DNA of 64,000 nucleotides, from the NCBI GenBank assembly GCA_958296045.1, contig CATQHT010000003.1, positions 71,246 through 135,245 on the forward strand, written 5' to 3'. Positions within the stretch are counted from its first letter, which is position 1; each line of letters opens with the position of its first letter. This document shows positions 54,263 to 63,134 of this stretch, one piece after another. The stretch is from Rhodothermales bacterium. Lineage in GTDB: Bacteria > Bacteroidota > Rhodothermia > Rhodothermales > Bin80. The translations under genes were made by a program, and so were the position numbers. A model generated the notes under the pieces. The model was not told the origin of the DNA, did not search any database, and worked only from the letters and a program-made list of their open reading frames with translations.

Positions 54263-54374
54263 CCTCCTCCCCAAACGCAATTCTAATTGTCGCTGGTCTC
54301 AATTCTAGTTGTCGTTGGACACTCAGGGTTATATGCATTGTAACAAAGTATCCATGCAATGCTTTACTGCTATT

Positions 54375-54605
54375 CTATGTAAAACGCTGACGTGAATTAT
54401 GCGGGATAAGGCTTAATCGCCTCTGCCCCACCTCGCTGAGTGGTCTGTCGCCTATGGGAAGAGGCAGATCATTATTATTGACTTGTTTATCATAGATGAT
54501 AAATATGCAACAGCATATGACAACAAGCATGATTGAAATTTGCACTACATCGTTTTTCGCCACGTTAAGCCAATCTACGCCTTTAGGACTCTTATCGTTT
54601 GTCAC
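54375..54605 (-). CDS. 76-aa single-TM protein, unknown function (last gene of the low-GC island operon)
   Basis: MTNDKSPKGVDWLNVAKNDVVQISIMLVVICCCIFIIYDKQVNNNDLPLPIG… has one TM helix. The DNA is very AT-rich (28-42% GC in hand-counted lines). It starts 24 nt after the propeller gene stop. Confidence 0.4.
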   Translation of the reverse strand: MTNDKSPKGVDWLNVAKNDVVQISIMLVVICCCIFIIYDKQVNNNDLPLPIGDRPLSEVGQRRLSLIPHNSRQRFT

Positions 54606-54629
54606 TGCGTTCGGGTTTCGATGATCTAT

Positions 54630-55826
54630 TCAAAGCCTATACCTGTAAAACACCCCGTCCGAATGGTGGTACACCAAAAGCTCACCAGACGGTATGCCCG
54701 CGAATGCTGTGACCCACCGGAGGGGCTCGCCTTCCTGGTCACTAAGCTCGTAGGCGCGCTCCAGCTTCAACGTCTCGATGTCAATGGCTAATAGTGTATT
54801 CTTTCGTACGTTTTTGCTAGGAGATCCCTGAATAATGAGCACGTAGAACATGTCGTCAATAACCGACGCTTTCGAAGCCACCGTCGTAACAGATATCGGC
54901 GTGTCCTCCCTACTATAATCTTTCTCTCTCTCGTAGGCATAAGAAAGACGAGGCGCAAAAAACCGTTCTTGAGATAGGTCGTTGCGTGCAATTAGCTCGC
55001 CGTTCAACGAGTACTTTTCGACCACAGGTATTGCAAGGCCTATAGTCATGAGGTATTGTTGATTCACCACAACAAGGATCCGTTGGCTTTTTGGCCAACG
55101 CAGACGACTTGGGCCTTCTGTAGCAAGCAAGTCGCCAAAATTGTTGACTACCGTGCCCGATGAGTCCAGTTGTACTATGGAGGACTCGGAGTTGCCGAAA
55201 ATAGGGCTTAGAAACACGTTCTCCTCATCGTCTACCGCTAGGCCCTCCCATGCACGAAATGGTGCCTGGATAGTACGCTTATACTCTCCCTGATGCGAAA
55301 ACACTTCGAGGCTCGTGTAGTCAAAGGCATGAACGCTATTCTTGGTCACATAGAAGTTATGCGGCCAGTGGGAGAACTCGGCCGGTCCGGGACCGGACTG
55401 GCCTATAGTGCCAATAACATCGAGCTCGGTGTTAAGACACAGAACGTGATGAGTACCTTCTTCAATCATGAAGATCGTATCACCATGTGTTGCTATACCC
55501 CACACGGTCTTTACAAATCTGTCAGCACCTAACGACATGGCGTAACTGTCAGCTACCAACTTGGTCACTGGTACCGTTGTGTTAGGTGTGTTACCACCTG
55601 AGCACGCAGCCAGCCCACACACAAGAGCAGTCAAGAAGATCGTCCCTAGGTAGGCTCGGCAGCGACGCAGCACTGCCTGAAAGTTACGCGTGAGCACAAG
55701 ACTTAGCGCCGACCGGTTGCCCTCCCTGCTGAACGATTCGTCCGCCCAACACCGCGTTCTACCCCTTTGAAGCCTCACGCAATACATGCCAGCGGCCGGT
55801 TTCCGCGCAGGCATTGTGCCCTCCAT
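54630..55826 (-). CDS. 6-bladed beta-propeller lipoprotein (DUF5128/BF3164-like)
   Basis: The lipoprotein signal RRCRAYLGTIFLTALVCGLAAC-SGG points to a probable real start at GTG 55673. The motif IGQSGPGPAEF corresponds to the G.kGqGPGEF signature of Bacteroidales 6-bladed beta-propeller proteins. Repeated beta-strand-rich blades run to the C-terminus …LLVYHHSDGVFYRYRL. Confidence 0.7.
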   Translation of the reverse strand: MEGTMPARKPAAGMYCVRLQRGRTRCWADESFSREGNRSALSLVLTRNFQAVLRRCRAYLGTIFLTALVCGLAACSGGNTPNTTVPVTKLVADSYAMSLGADRFVKTVWGIATHGDTIFMIEEGTHHVLCLNTELDVIGTIGQSGPGPAEFSHWPHNFYVTKNSVHAFDYTSLEVFSHQGEYKRTIQAPFRAWEGLAVDDEENVFLSPIFGNSESSIVQLDSSGTVVNNFGDLLATEGPSRLRWPKSQRILVVVNQQYLMTIGLAIPVVEKYSLNGELIARNDLSQERFFAPRLSYAYEREKDYSREDTPISVTTVASKASVIDDMFYVLIIQGSPSKNVRKNTLLAIDIETLKLERAYELSDQEGEPLRWVTAFAGIPSGELLVYHHSDGVFYRYRL

Positions 55827-55849
55827 CTCCGGCAGACTTGGTGGCTTAA

Positions 55850-56089
55850 TCAGGAGTCGTCTCTGTCACAGTATTCGTCAACACCATCACACAGCACGCC
55901 CACGTCAGGAATACCGTAGCATTCATCCTTCCCTGTGCACGTTAGTCGGCTGCCATCAGGGCAAGTTACTGATACCCTGCATGGCACGGCTATAGCTTGT
56001 AGAGTGCGGTGCTGAAAAGCCAGCGTACCACCTGCGGATATTAATAAGACCAAGGAGGCGATTGCCAGTATGCGTTTAATATGCTGCAT
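55850..56089 (-). CDS. secreted Cys-rich acidic peptide (79-aa precursor, 6 Cys), unknown family: pep2
   Basis: The ATG at 56089 gives MQHIKRILAIASLVLLISAGGTLAF (signal), then QHRTLQAIAVPCRVSVTCPDGSRLTCTGKDECYGIPDVGVLCDGVDEYCDRDDS. GC is about 50%. It starts 16 nt after the pep1 stop. Confidence 0.6.
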   Translation of the reverse strand: MQHIKRILAIASLVLLISAGGTLAFQHRTLQAIAVPCRVSVTCPDGSRLTCTGKDECYGIPDVGVLCDGVDEYCDRDDS

Positions 56090-56105
56090 GTTATTGTCCC
56101 AATGG

Positions 56106-56435
56106 TTAGTCAGCGGAGTCAACGTACCCAGAGCAGTTGTACACATCATCATCACACACTAGCATGCCAAAAACTGATCCACAACCTTCAAGGCCCACGC
56201 AGCAGTACATAGCATACCCATGCGTATCGTCATCACAGTACATGCATACCATGCAGTCCTTCTTCGTGCAGTCCTTCTTCACAGTGGCCACGGTGGTGCT
56301 GGGTTGCGTGACAGGGGAAAAGGCTGTCGTGGCCACCAAGGCCAGCAGTGCCAGTAGGCATGTACTCGCCAAAATCGTCTTAATCCGTATCCAAGACAGG
56401 ATTGCAAACCTGCGCAGCGGTGCTTCTTGGCCCAT
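56106..56435 (-). CDS. secreted Cys-rich acidic peptide (about 109-aa precursor, 9 Cys in the mature part), unknown family: pep1
   Basis: The ATG at 56435 gives MGQEAPLRRFAILSWIRIKTILASTCLLALLALVATTAFS, with a leader paralogous to pep2 (IKTILA versus IKRILA). The mature part is PVTQPSTTVATVKKDCTKKDCMVCMYCDDDTHGYAMYCCVGLEGCGSVFGMLVCDDDVYNCSGYVDSAD. The track ORF extends to 56660, and the IS IR lies at 56688, so the native promoter may be lost. Confidence 0.55.
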   Translation of the reverse strand: MGQEAPLRRFAILSWIRIKTILASTCLLALLALVATTAFSPVTQPSTTVATVKKDCTKKDCMVCMYCDDDTHGYAMYCCVGLEGCGSVFGMLVCDDDVYNCSGYVDSAD

Positions 56436-56687
56436 CAGCCGGTCTGCTGCCATCGGCGCCCATGCGCCGTCGACCAGAGGCGGTTCCAGGCGTGACGCGC
56501 TCGTGGCGCGGCTCAGGGCAACCTTCAGCACGGCTGCGATGCGTGTGGCTTCTGCGTGGGCCACCTGGTTCACTGGCTTACGGTTACGACCAAGGTCCGG
56601 CACCTCGTGCACCGGCCTCAGCTTAATGGCAAGTATACGGCATGCTCTCGTGCTATCCAAATCCTTTTGTAACCGTCCCGTAGACAG

Positions 56688-58405
56688 CCAGCGATTCTAG
56701 ATTTGGATGCATGTAGGGTTTACGGGAATGCCTGTTCAGCAGACGTTATGTGTATGGTGGGTGTATGGACTGGCAATATTGGTCCTGCGATGCCCTGCTA
56801 TAGGGTGCTTTTGTCTTCCACTCTGAGGTGCACCCATGAAACCAAACAAGCTGCTGCGCGATGTGCTGAAACGCATCCGATCGGCCGCCGGTACATTTGA
56901 AGATAACCGTCAGGGGCCCAATCTGCGCTACACGCTGGCCGATGCCGTGTTGAGCGCATTTGCCTGCTTCTTTCTGCAATCGCCCTCCTTTCTTGCTTTT
57001 CAGCGGAGGATGCAGGACGACGTGGGCCGTTCCAACGGCCAGACGCTGTTTGGTATGCAAGGCATTCCCTCTGACGGGCAGATCCGCAACCTGCTGGACC
57101 GCCTCGTGCCAGATTCATTTCAGCTCCTGTTTCTGCACCTGCTGGATACGCTTCGTTCCAAGGGAGACTTTTCGCCGTTTGTACGTCTGAGGAATCGCAT
57201 CCTCGTGGCGCTTGATGGCATCGAGTTTCATTCCTCTCGGACAATCCATTGTCAGCAGTGCTCCACTCGTCGCACGGGAAAAGACAAGCGTCCCTCGTTC
57301 TTCCATACCATGGTGGCGGCGGTTGTGGTGGCTCCAGGGCACAACCGGGTGGTACCGTTGATGCCAGAGTTTGTCCGCACACAGGATGATCCTGGCGACC
57401 AGCACTCGGTGCGGCGTCGCAAGCAGGATTGCGAGATCAATGCCGCTAAGCGGTGGTTAATGAAGTGGGGAGCTCGCATGGCTCGCTATCGTCCGGTATA
57501 TCTGGGAGATGCCCTATATGCCACACACCCTTTCTGCCAACAGGTGCTCCATGCGGGCGCCGATTTCCTGTTTGTGGTCAAACCCAAGTCGCATAGCACG
57601 CTATTCAAGTTTTTACACGAGCGCTATATCCAGAGCACCGGTTGGATCCGGGTGCAGAACAAGAAGACACGTCGCTACGAAGAGCACTGCTATCGCTGGA
57701 TGACCGATCTGCCGATTCGGAACACGGACGATGCCGTCCACGGCACATGGGTGGAAAAGACCGTGCGGGTACGCCAAAAGCAGGGCACCTACAAGCAGAC
57801 CTTCTACACAACGCTTTTCACCAGCCTGACGGTAACGAAGCACAATGTGCAGGAGGTTGCTCGTTGTGGGCGGGCGCGCTGGAAGATCGAGAACGAGTGC
57901 TTCAACTGCCTCGCACGACACGGACAGAACTTCAAACACAACTTCGGGCATGGCAAAAATGGGCTGGCAAACCTGTTAGCCACCCTCAACCTGTTGGCAT
58001 TTGCCCTGCATACGATGCTCGACCAAGTAAAAGGGTTGTGGAAGCAATGCCGAGCATCCTACCAGGTACGCCGCGATTTCTTTGAGGCGTTGCGGGCACG
58101 TACGATGAGCTACCCAATTCCCGACTGGCGAAGTCTCTGGGAAAGCATGTTATACCGTCCTCCTCCTCTGCTGGCGCCTTCCGCTGCGAGAGCCTGAAAG
58201 ATTGTATGTCATAAACAGGATAACTGGGAATTCCAAAGGCCTGAAAGGCCGTCGTATGTCTCGGGCGGATTGGTGGCACCTCAAATGTAGCTTCTCATTG
58301 CCTGTTTCCGTCCACCAACCGCCTAACTCACAGCCCGCGTGCGCGTAGCCTACCGCAAAACAAGATCCGTTCCCCCACCGAACGCCCCAAATTTAGAATC
58401 GCTGG
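56688..58405 (+). mobile_element. ISNCY/IS4-like insertion sequence, 1718 bp
   Basis: The 19-bp IRs are ccagcgattctagatttgg (56688-56706) and ccaaatttagaatcgctgg (58387-58405), 18/19. It has a single DDE transposase gene. No TSD was recognised. Confidence 0.8.
56836..58197 (+). CDS. DDE transposase (ISNCY/IS4-like family)
   Basis: 453 aa with …ALDGIEFHSSRTIHCQQCSTR… and the strongly conserved C-terminal block GRARWKIENECFNCLARHGQNFKHNFGHGKNGLANLLATLNLLAFALH. Confidence 0.85.
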   Translation: MKPNKLLRDVLKRIRSAAGTFEDNRQGPNLRYTLADAVLSAFACFFLQSPSFLAFQRRMQDDVGRSNGQTLFGMQGIPSDGQIRNLLDRLVPDSFQLLFLHLLDTLRSKGDFSPFVRLRNRILVALDGIEFHSSRTIHCQQCSTRRTGKDKRPSFFHTMVAAVVVAPGHNRVVPLMPEFVRTQDDPGDQHSVRRRKQDCEINAAKRWLMKWGARMARYRPVYLGDALYATHPFCQQVLHAGADFLFVVKPKSHSTLFKFLHERYIQSTGWIRVQNKKTRRYEEHCYRWMTDLPIRNTDDAVHGTWVEKTVRVRQKQGTYKQTFYTTLFTSLTVTKHNVQEVARCGRARWKIENECFNCLARHGQNFKHNFGHGKNGLANLLATLNLLAFALHTMLDQVKGLWKQCRASYQVRRDFFEALRARTMSYPIPDWRSLWESMLYRPPPLLAPSAARA

Positions 58406-58715
58406 TGTGGAAACTTGCACCCCCTGTACTAACGCCAGTTAGCCTGGCGTACACTTAACACGCTCAGCCGCAAAAAATGGCCGATATAACGTGGAACTTA
58501 GCCTACGCAAGAGTGTATCAGCTTCGTATGGCACATACCTGAACCGGGGACCGACAGACTGGTACCGACGCGGAGATAAGATTCGGTTCCTGAAGACGAC
58601 GCCTCCATGGGGCCGAAGCGAGGCGCACGGTACTGACCTGCCCCGGGATTTCGGGCCACCACCAGGGTGGCGTCGGAGCTTGCCGTCCAATCGGACAACC
58701 AAAGAGAAGCCCACG

Positions 58716-58970
58716 ATGAGAAAACGAGACGGGATCATCCGGAAACTGACCCTACGACGTGCGTTGGCCGAGCTGGCCGACAAGGGAATTGCCGCCGGAT
58801 TCGCGGCCTTGTTTTTTGCCGCTGCTTTCTTCAGCCGGGGAGACGAGTACGACAGCTGGCTCTATATCGCTGCTTTTTCGTGCGCTGGCATCGCCTCTCT
58901 CTCGGCGGCGATCGTGGCGATAGTGAACGCCCTACGAGGGGATTCTCGGGAATCTGAGACCCTGGATTAG
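58716..58970 (+). CDS. hypothetical 84-aa two-TM protein
   Basis: An internal ATG of track ORF 58491..58970 gives MRKRDGIIRKLTLRRALAELADKGIAAGFAALFFAAAFFSRGDEYDSWLYIAAFSCAGIASLSAAIVAIVNAL… There is no family match, so coding is uncertain. Confidence 0.3.
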   Translation: MRKRDGIIRKLTLRRALAELADKGIAAGFAALFFAAAFFSRGDEYDSWLYIAAFSCAGIASLSAAIVAIVNALRGDSRESETLD

Positions 58971-59191
58971 ATGCAGGCGACAACAGGGGCGCTCCGGCCA
59001 CGGCCTCGACCATTCGGGTCCAGGAGCGGCCTCCCGCGCCGCGCCAGAAGCAACTTTTCAATCATGGCCCAGGACTCGAAGGATCGGGAAGTCTGACCGG
59101 TTCTCGCGATAGGAACCCGGGTTTCCCCGGGCCCCCCGCACAGATCCAGACGGGCGCGTTAACGCATCCGGCTCCTCCCTCGGGTCGCACC

Positions 59192-59223
59192 TGTCCAACG
59201 ACAACTAGAATTGAGACCAGCGA
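59192..59223 (-). mobile_element. 32-nt relic of the type-2 IS21 right end
   Basis: tgtccaacgacaactagaattgagaccagcga equals the reverse complement of 54290-54321. It is joined to type-1-like istB sequence through the shared accagcg. Confidence 0.7.
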
Positions 59224-59574
59224 GATCAGCTTGAGCTTACCAATGACCGGTATCAGAAAGGCTCCATCGTCGTCACCAGCCAGATGCCTGATAACGTGGG
59301 GAACGAATGCATGGAAGACCCAACACTCGCAGATGCCATCCTGCATCGCCTCGTTCACCATGCACATCATATCGCCGTGAAGGGAGAATCCATCAGAAAG
59401 CGTCTGCCAAAATGGCAGAAACTTCCCGAGAAGACCAGCGCAACCAGCACCAGACAGCCGTGACAATGGTACCCGGAAAAGTCACGATGCAGCGAAACCC
59501 AGCACGGACTCAATCCGCCACCACAGGTGGTCGATATATCACAAAACGAGTGCTTACTTTCACGGTATATTCCA
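59217..59574 (+). mobile_element. 3' fragment (istB tail plus right end) of a type-1-related IS21 element
   Basis: It encodes QRDQLELTNDRYQKGSIVVTSQMPDNVGNECMEDPTLADAILHRLVHHAHHIAVKGESIRKRLPKWQKLPEKTSATSTRQP-stop (59461-59463), about 80% identical to IstB 29703..30482. The downstream …caggtggtcgat…cacggtatattcca parallels the right end at 30540-30616. Confidence 0.75.
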
Positions 59575-59697
59575 TGATTCAGGTATAAAGGCCGCCAAAC
59601 TTGCCCAAGCCTGCTGACAGAGCTGCGACGTGACACGGAGTACGAGGTACTCGGCACAGCCGTAGCACAACAAACCAGGGAACACACCCCGAGATGT

Positions 59698-60090
59698 ATG
59701 GCATCAACAATTGAGAATCCCTTCCTCGCTCCCAAATTCGTGGGAACACCTGCTCCTGTCGGCACTTCTGCGCGCCGGTATGACGGCTTCCTTATGAGCG
59801 GAGAACAAGTGCGCATGGAATTCAAGGGCGTCCGTGACGCGCTCATCTTTACGGATTGGCGCATGATGATCATCGACCCCCAGGGCATTCGAGGAAAAAA
59901 GGTGGCCCTCAATTCCATCCCATGGAAGTACGTGACGGCTTTCTCGTTGGAGAATTCGGGCAGCCTGGATCTTGATGCAGAGCTGAAAGTCTGTGGCTCT
60001 GGATTCGGGGTAGTGAAGGTGAACTTCTCCCGGGGCACTAACGTGCAGGCCATCAGCGCGTTTATAAACTCGAAGATTTTCGGGACCTAA
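59698..60090 (+). CDS. bacterial PH-domain protein (YokE-like)
   Basis: 130 aa with …LMSGEQVRMEFKGVRDALIFTDWRMMIIDPQGIRGKKVALNSIPWKYVTAFSLENSGSLDLDAELKV…, the pattern of bacterial pleckstrin-homology (bPH) proteins as I remember it. Confidence 0.55.
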   Translation: MASTIENPFLAPKFVGTPAPVGTSARRYDGFLMSGEQVRMEFKGVRDALIFTDWRMMIIDPQGIRGKKVALNSIPWKYVTAFSLENSGSLDLDAELKVCGSGFGVVKVNFSRGTNVQAISAFINSKIFGT

Positions 60091-60534
60091 CGCCAAAGGC
60101 CTATGCAAGGCGAACCGATGCCAGCCGCCGCTCGTGCGTGACAGCTGAGCTCGGAACTGCCCCGCCCAGCGGGCATCCGCGCGCAATGCTCCGAGTGTGA
60201 TGGCAGTATTCACCAACAAGGCGCAGGTGGCACGGGTAGGTCTCCAGGCACATGCCGCTCCCCTCTCCCCTGACCATGCGTCTTCGTACGGAGACGCAAC
60301 GCTACATTCCTGCCCGCCAGGGCATCTGATGCCTCCGCGTAGAGCTTGGCCCAGCAGCGAACACCATGCACCGTAAGCCGACCGCTAGAAGCGCCCAGAT
60401 ATCGAACACATCACTAGCCCTACCGGCCTTGCCCAACAGGCGTCACCCAACGGCCCTGCCGCAACGAATCTGGGTACCATGCGTATCTTGCCACGGAGGT
60501 CCCGTAGCAAACACGGACCGAACCAACCCTTGGC

Positions 60535-61479
60535 ATGCCGCGAACGGTCATAACAGGAGGTGCCGGCTTTTTGGGGTCACACCTTTGCGACCGACTGCTC
60601 AATGAGGGGCACGAAGTCATCTGCATAGACAATCTGCTAACGGGCTCGCTGGACAACATCGGCCACCTCATGGGGCACCCCGGCTTCTGCTTTGTCAAGC
60701 ATGATGTCACCAACTACATCCACGTCAAAGGACACGTCGACTTTGTGCTGCACTTCGCCAGCCCTGCGTCCCCGATAGACTACCTCCGCCTGCCCATTCA
60801 GACCCTGAAGGTGGGGGCGCTTGGGACGCACAAAGCACTTGGGCTTACCAAAGAAAAGCGCGCGCGCTTCTTGCTGGCATCGACCAGCGAGGTGTACGGA
60901 GATCCCAAAGAACACCCCCAGAAAGAGACCTACTGGGGCCATGTCAATCCCGTAGGGCTGCGCGGCGTGTATGATGAAGCTAAACGGTTTGCTGAAGCGA
61001 TGACGATGGCGTATCACCGCTTTCATGGCGTTGATACGCGCATTGTTCGGATATTTAACGCATACGGTCCACGCATGCGCCTGCATGACGGTCGCGCACT
61101 TCCGACCTTTATGCGCCAGGCACTCGCAGAGGAGCCGATCACCATCTATGGTGACGGACGGCAGACGCGCTCATTTACGTACGTCAGCGACACCGTCGAA
61201 GGCATCTTCCGTCTGCTGCACAGCAATATTGCCGACCCGGTCAACATAGGCAGTCGCCAGGAGATCACTATCCAGACTATCGCTGAGGAAATCCTTGCGC
61301 TCACCGGCAGTGCAAGTACCATAGTTTTCAAGCCCCTCCCGGAAGATGACCCCAAGAGCCGGCAACCTGATACCACAGTGGCTGAAACGGCGCTCGGATG
61401 GCAGCCGACGGTGCCACGGCGCCAAGGACTCACGCGTACGATCGACTATGTGAGGAAACGGCTGGCAGGATGCGCTTAG
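60535..61479 (+). CDS. UDP-glucuronate decarboxylase (UDP-xylose synthase), SDR family
   Basis: 314 aa with [17 protein letters not shown], …[10 protein letters not shown]…, YDEAKR (YxxxK) and …[10 protein letters not shown]…; a classical UXS signature. Confidence 0.9.
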   Translation: MPRTVITGGAGFLGSHLCDRLLNEGHEVICIDNLLTGSLDNIGHLMGHPGFCFVKHDVTNYIHVKGHVDFVLHFASPASPIDYLRLPIQTLKVGALGTHKALGLTKEKRARFLLASTSEVYGDPKEHPQKETYWGHVNPVGLRGVYDEAKRFAEAMTMAYHRFHGVDTRIVRIFNAYGPRMRLHDGRALPTFMRQALAEEPITIYGDGRQTRSFTYVSDTVEGIFRLLHSNIADPVNIGSRQEITIQTIAEEILALTGSASTIVFKPLPEDDPKSRQPDTTVAETALGWQPTVPRRQGLTRTIDYVRKRLAGCA

Positions 61480-63134
61480 AAACGCGGCTCATAGCCTCCA
61501 CAAGGGCACAATGTCCTCATGGCCTTGATCTATGAACAGACAATGGAGTGCCCACAGACTGGCGGAACGAGTAGACTTCCCAACAGTGGATTGGCTGAGC
61601 ACCCCTACTCGCGTTGCCCTTAGCAAGACTGGCGCAGCTGCAGCGCAGAGGCATTCTTCCCAATGGTACGTACATACTATGGCGGATATGAATACGGGGC
61701 CTATGTGTTACACCATGGTATGGTGAAAGAACTTGACCAAGAAACAGATATGCCGCGTAACTGGTCTGGGCGGGACCCAGCGGGCTGGGCCTGACGCGTA
61801 CGGGCTGCACTTGAGGTGGCTACGCAACCAAGTGGTGGGGAAATGCCCGAGCCAGTACGAGCAGGGTAAGGACACGCTGAGTGTTCACGGCTCGTGCGAG
61901 CCTCTGACTGCGTTGCGCGAGGCCACTGAACGAAACGCTAAGCTCGATCATGGGGCGCAACACGCCGTACTTGGGCGGGTGTCGCAAGGTTGTGAGCGAG
62001 CTCGCAAAAAGGTGGGCTTGTTTCCCAGGATTGACTTGAACATGAATTGCCTTGCGCACTCAAATGAACGGGCCAGCCATACGAAATGCACCCACTGGTC
62101 TGTGCCGGTTAAGGGCATTGGCAGGCTATAATGTGAGGATGCCCGCAACGTTCTTAGCAAAGAGGATATCACAATAAAGTGCGCGGTTAAAGCACGCTCC
62201 AAACGGCAATGGTACCGTGGTAAAGGTGATATACGCGCAGCAGGCCTTAGACCGGGAGTCGTTCCCAGACGCTCCAGCCGGCGTTGATCCTTTCGCGGAT
62301 CTTGTACCATTGCGGCAGGGCATACGTATGTGAAGGAGCTGACAGCACAGGATGGTCCACACTCAGCGTAACCGCGAATGCAGGGCGAAGCACGAGACAC
62401 CCTCGAGCAGGGAATCTCTCGGGTGGGCACAATGTCCCAAGACCGCGGTGAGCAACTTTCCGGCGGACTTCGTCAAGCTAAGTGCACACCTGGCGTGCAG
62501 AGTCGTGTACCTGGCTATCCCGACCCACAAAGGCAGCCGTCGAACGCATTGCCTCGGCCGTGCGTTGCCAGACCCGTGCATAGCGCCCGTGAAGCAGCAG
62601 CCTACCTGCAAAACAAGTGCTAGGCGTGGCACTTCGTCCTTGTGCCGCGCCGTGGCCCCGAGCAATCGTGGAGCGAATATGGTCGATCGCCCTGTCAGAT
62701 CGTCAAGTCGCGAGCGAGTAAGTCCACGTGCGAACGATGCGGCAATGCTGCGGGGCGCAGCGCATGTGCTGCGATCATCATTGTTCGCGGGAGCGCCGAG
62801 CTCCTACGTGAAGCAGGAGGGCCTCGCGGGCTGGAAAAGCGTGGACCAGGTTGATTCACTAGTGCCGCTGCTCAAACAGAGCACCAGACTCAGCTACAGC
62901 CTACAATCGTATGCTTAGGCATCGACTTGGACATGTACGTCCGATACCAGCGTCATTCTGGATACGCGGCCATCACAGGCGGTGGCATGGGACGCCAAGG
63001 TCAGGTGACCCTGATCGGGATGCACAGACTAGCGTGCACACGCTGGTCTGCCTTATTTTCCTTCCAATCAAGCTCGACCCTCTCCAACCCAGCGCCTTGG
63101 AAGTCGTCGCGCCGAGTTGCTTTAAAGGAATGCT

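Larger units (their letters stand above)
50387..54321 (+). mobile_element. IS21-family insertion sequence (type 2), unusually long at 3935 bp, with about 1.5 kb of extra DNA after istB
   Basis: The left end is TGTTCAGCGACAATTAGAATTGCGGTTGGCGACAACTAGAATTGC. The right end (reverse complement) is TGTCCAACGACAACTAGAATTGAGACCAGCGACAATTAGAATTGC. A perfect 6-bp TSD CTCAGG lies at 50381-50386 and 54322-54327. It carries istA-istB with an ATGA overlap. Confidence 0.9.

Noticed and set aside
61517-62918. Several 60-190-aa ORFs on both strands between uxs and gmd
   Set aside because: They overlap one another, have Arg/Cys/Ser-rich compositions and show no domain motifs. I treat the region as non-coding or decayed and report it as a finding.
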